A stretch of DNA of 64,000 bases, from NCBI GenBank assembly GCA_963845755.1, contig CAWJTV010000022.1, forward strand, positions 64,001 through 128,000, written 5' to 3'. The position numbers were made by a program, and so were the translations under genes. The notes beneath the pieces were generated by a model. The model did not search any database. It had not been told where the DNA came from and was given only the letters and a program-made list of their open reading frames with translations. Positions 62,168-64,000 of the stretch are shown piece by piece (position 1 is the stretch's first letter; each line of letters opens with the position of its first letter). Origin of the DNA: an uncultured Planctomycetota bacterium. GTDB taxonomy: Bacteria > Planctomycetota > Planctomycetia > Isosphaerales > Isosphaeraceae.

Positions 62168-63221
62168 AGCGAGCCCCCTTCCGGATCGCACCGGCCAGGG
62201 CCCGTAGCGGGAAATACACCGCATATGCCGCCAGCGCAACGTCCAGCCGGCCGGTGGCCGCCAGAATGATCCAGAGATGCCAGCGAACGTCGGCGTGGCC
62301 GACCATGTGCACGACGCCGGCGAGGCCGCGCGGACGAGGGATCATGCCGGCCGATCGGGAGTTCGGTCCGCTGAGGCTCGATCGCCGCTCGAGCTCATCG
62401 CCCAGCGTCGACTGGACAAGGAAGAGGTATTTCCCCGAGGCGTAGAGGATCCCCACGACGAGCCAGAGCGGCAGTCCGTCCCGACTGTAGGCCCACCAGG
62501 CGATCGCGGCGTGCAGGGCCACGTCGGTCAGCTCATCGAGGAACTGATCGAGCCATCGGCCGAACGCGGAGCTGGTGCCCTGCAATCGGGCGAGGCGTCC
62601 GTCGGCGGTGTCGAGGACCAGGGCCAGGGCCATCGCGGTCGCCACAGCCGCGCGTCCAGTCCAGCCAGTCGCGCCCGCGCCCGCGGCGACGAGGCCGGCC
62701 GCCGCGAGCATCAAGACCGCTGCCGCCAGGGTCACGAGGTTGGGCCGGACCGGGGTCGGGCGGAGCCCTTCGGCCAATCGCCGGGCCAGCGGAAACGCCC
62801 AGTACTTGCCGATCGGCTGATAGGTCAGCCGATGCGTCAATTCCTCGTCGGCCGAGAAGATCGCTTCGGGGCGGTCGAGCCGCCAGAGCACGGCCGATTC
62901 TGGCGATTGGCCACGTCGCAGCCGGCGACGCAGCCGGCCCGTGTCGTAGAAACGATCCGTCCGCAGGACCGGCACACCCTCCCGCGGTGCGCCACTCACG
63001 AAGGAGACCGCACTGGACCGATCGCCGACCAGTTCGCGGAGCTCGCGGTGCTCCTCAGGCCGGGCGTGCACCAGCACGGGCTCGCCCGCGGGCGCCAGCT
63101 CCTCGGCCAGATCCAGCACGTGGCCGAACATGCTCCGTCCGAGCACGACCTCGGCGGCCATCAGGCCACGAGGCCCGCGCGGGCGGGCGTCAATCGCCAG
63201 GTGGAGCGGCCGAGAAGACAT
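62160..63221 (-). CDS. CDP-alcohol phosphatidyltransferase family protein with degenerate nucleotidyltransferase-like N-terminus
   Basis: RPNLVT and the signature LDTADGRLAR..TSSAFGRWLDQFLD. Confidence 0.85.
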   Translation of the reverse strand: MSSRPLHLAIDARPRGPRGLMAAEVVLGRSMFGHVLDLAEELAPAGEPVLVHARPEEHRELRELVGDRSSAVSFVSGAPREGVPVLRTDRFYDTGRLRRRLRRGQSPESAVLWRLDRPEAIFSADEELTHRLTYQPIGKYWAFPLARRLAEGLRPTPVRPNLVTLAAAVLMLAAAGLVAAGAGATGWTGRAAVATAMALALVLDTADGRLARLQGTSSAFGRWLDQFLDELTDVALHAAIAWWAYSRDGLPLWLVVGILYASGKYLFLVQSTLGDELERRSSLSGPNSRSAGMIPRPRGLAGVVHMVGHADVRWHLWIILAATGRLDVALAAYAVYFPLRALAGAIRKGARYA

Positions 63222-63293
63222 CCATGCCTCCCTGCTCTTCTATGGTTGCTATTTAAACGACTTCTCAACAGAACCGCGAAAACGGCACACAGC

Positions 63294-64000
63294 TTACCAG
63301 GAAAACCGTCGATAGAATGCCTCTTGCCTCTCGATCCAGGTGCTGCCGCCCACATCTCGCTCGCGACGCGACGACAGGATCGCGCGGACGCGGCGGAGGG
63401 CGGAGAACACGGCCAGGGCGAAACCCGGACGTCCCCGCACCAGTGAGGCCAGCAGGCGAATCGGCAGCCAGAGCCAGTGAGCCAGCAACCGGACTCCCGC
63501 CGTGTTCTGCCACATGAAGATCACGGTGTTCCGGCTCGCCAGCCATTGGGAGCGCGTCAGGCCCAGTTCGGACCCGAACGTGGCGAATCCCCAGTGATAG
63601 GCGACCGACTCGGGGACGTAATAGCCCCGATACCCGGCCATCCAGCCCCGGAATCCCAGGTCGAGGTCCTCGATCCGGCCGGGGAAGTAGATCGGGTCGT
63701 ATCCGCCGAGGCCCAGGAACTTCAGGCGGTCGACTGCCAGCACCGGACCGGCCGCGGCTGTCTGGTCGGATGTCCCGACGGCCTCCTCGAAGCCGGGCAC
63801 GCGGCACATCCCCTGAACCAGGCCATATCGCATGCGGACCCGCGTCCTCATCCCCTCGTAGGTCCGACCGTCGAACGTCCAGCACATCGGGGCGGAGAAA
63901 AGGGCATCGTCGTGGCGCTCAAAGACCTGGAGCAGAGGACCGACCGAATCCGGGTCGAGCTTGATATCGTTGTTCAACAGCAGGACGACCGGCTCGTCCA
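63294..64000 (-). CDS. Glycosyltransferase family 2 (5' end outside window)
   Basis: VVLLNNDI, GGYDPIYFPG.IEDLDLGFR and YVPESVAYH. Confidence 0.88.
   Translation of the reverse strand, partial: DEPVVLLLNNDIKLDPDSVGPLLQVFERHDDALFSAPMCWTFDGRTYEGMRTRVRMRYGLVQGMCRVPGFEEAVGTSDQTAAAGPVLAVDRLKFLGLGGYDPIYFPGRIEDLDLGFRGWMAGYRGYYVPESVAYHWGFATFGSELGLTRSQWLASRNTVIFMWQNTAGVRLLAHWLWLPIRLLASLVRGRPGFALAVFSALRRVRAILSSRRERDVGGSTWIERQEAFYRRFSW

Overview
High-GC bacterial DNA with planctomycete hallmarks, probably Isosphaeraceae-like (inference). The hallmarks are LE(P/D/G)RxLL N-terminal export signals, an ECF sigma/Ser-Thr kinase pair, a PEP-CTERM protein and REP-like hairpins. Many genes are split by 1-nt indels, including the housekeeping genes holB and tmk, so most frameshifts are probably uncorrected long-read errors. 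Left to right: an IS66 inserted into an IS4 transposase; a secreted alpha-carbonic anhydrase; JmjC, Ppx/GppA, holB, tmk, cupin, VOC and methyltransferase genes; a candidate RiPP locus; an S53 peptidase with a Dyp peroxidase pair; an ECF sigma-DUF4159 fusion; SIS/ROK genes; a metallophosphoesterase; a ParD-like/zeta-like TA pair; an ECF/kinase-WD40 pair; a ~15 kb co-oriented array of secreted and surface proteins containing a ~730-bp duplicated promoter cassette; and a glycosyltransferase operon running off the right end. The RiPP locus (11337-15643) is the best candidate for an undescribed system. It has an ECF sigma gene, a 66-aa peptide, a B12-binding radical SAM enzyme with a C-terminal PqqD/RRE-like domain, and a second, unannotated copy of the peptide leader with a matching 5' UTR. 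No rRNA, tRNA or CRISPR array was recognised.
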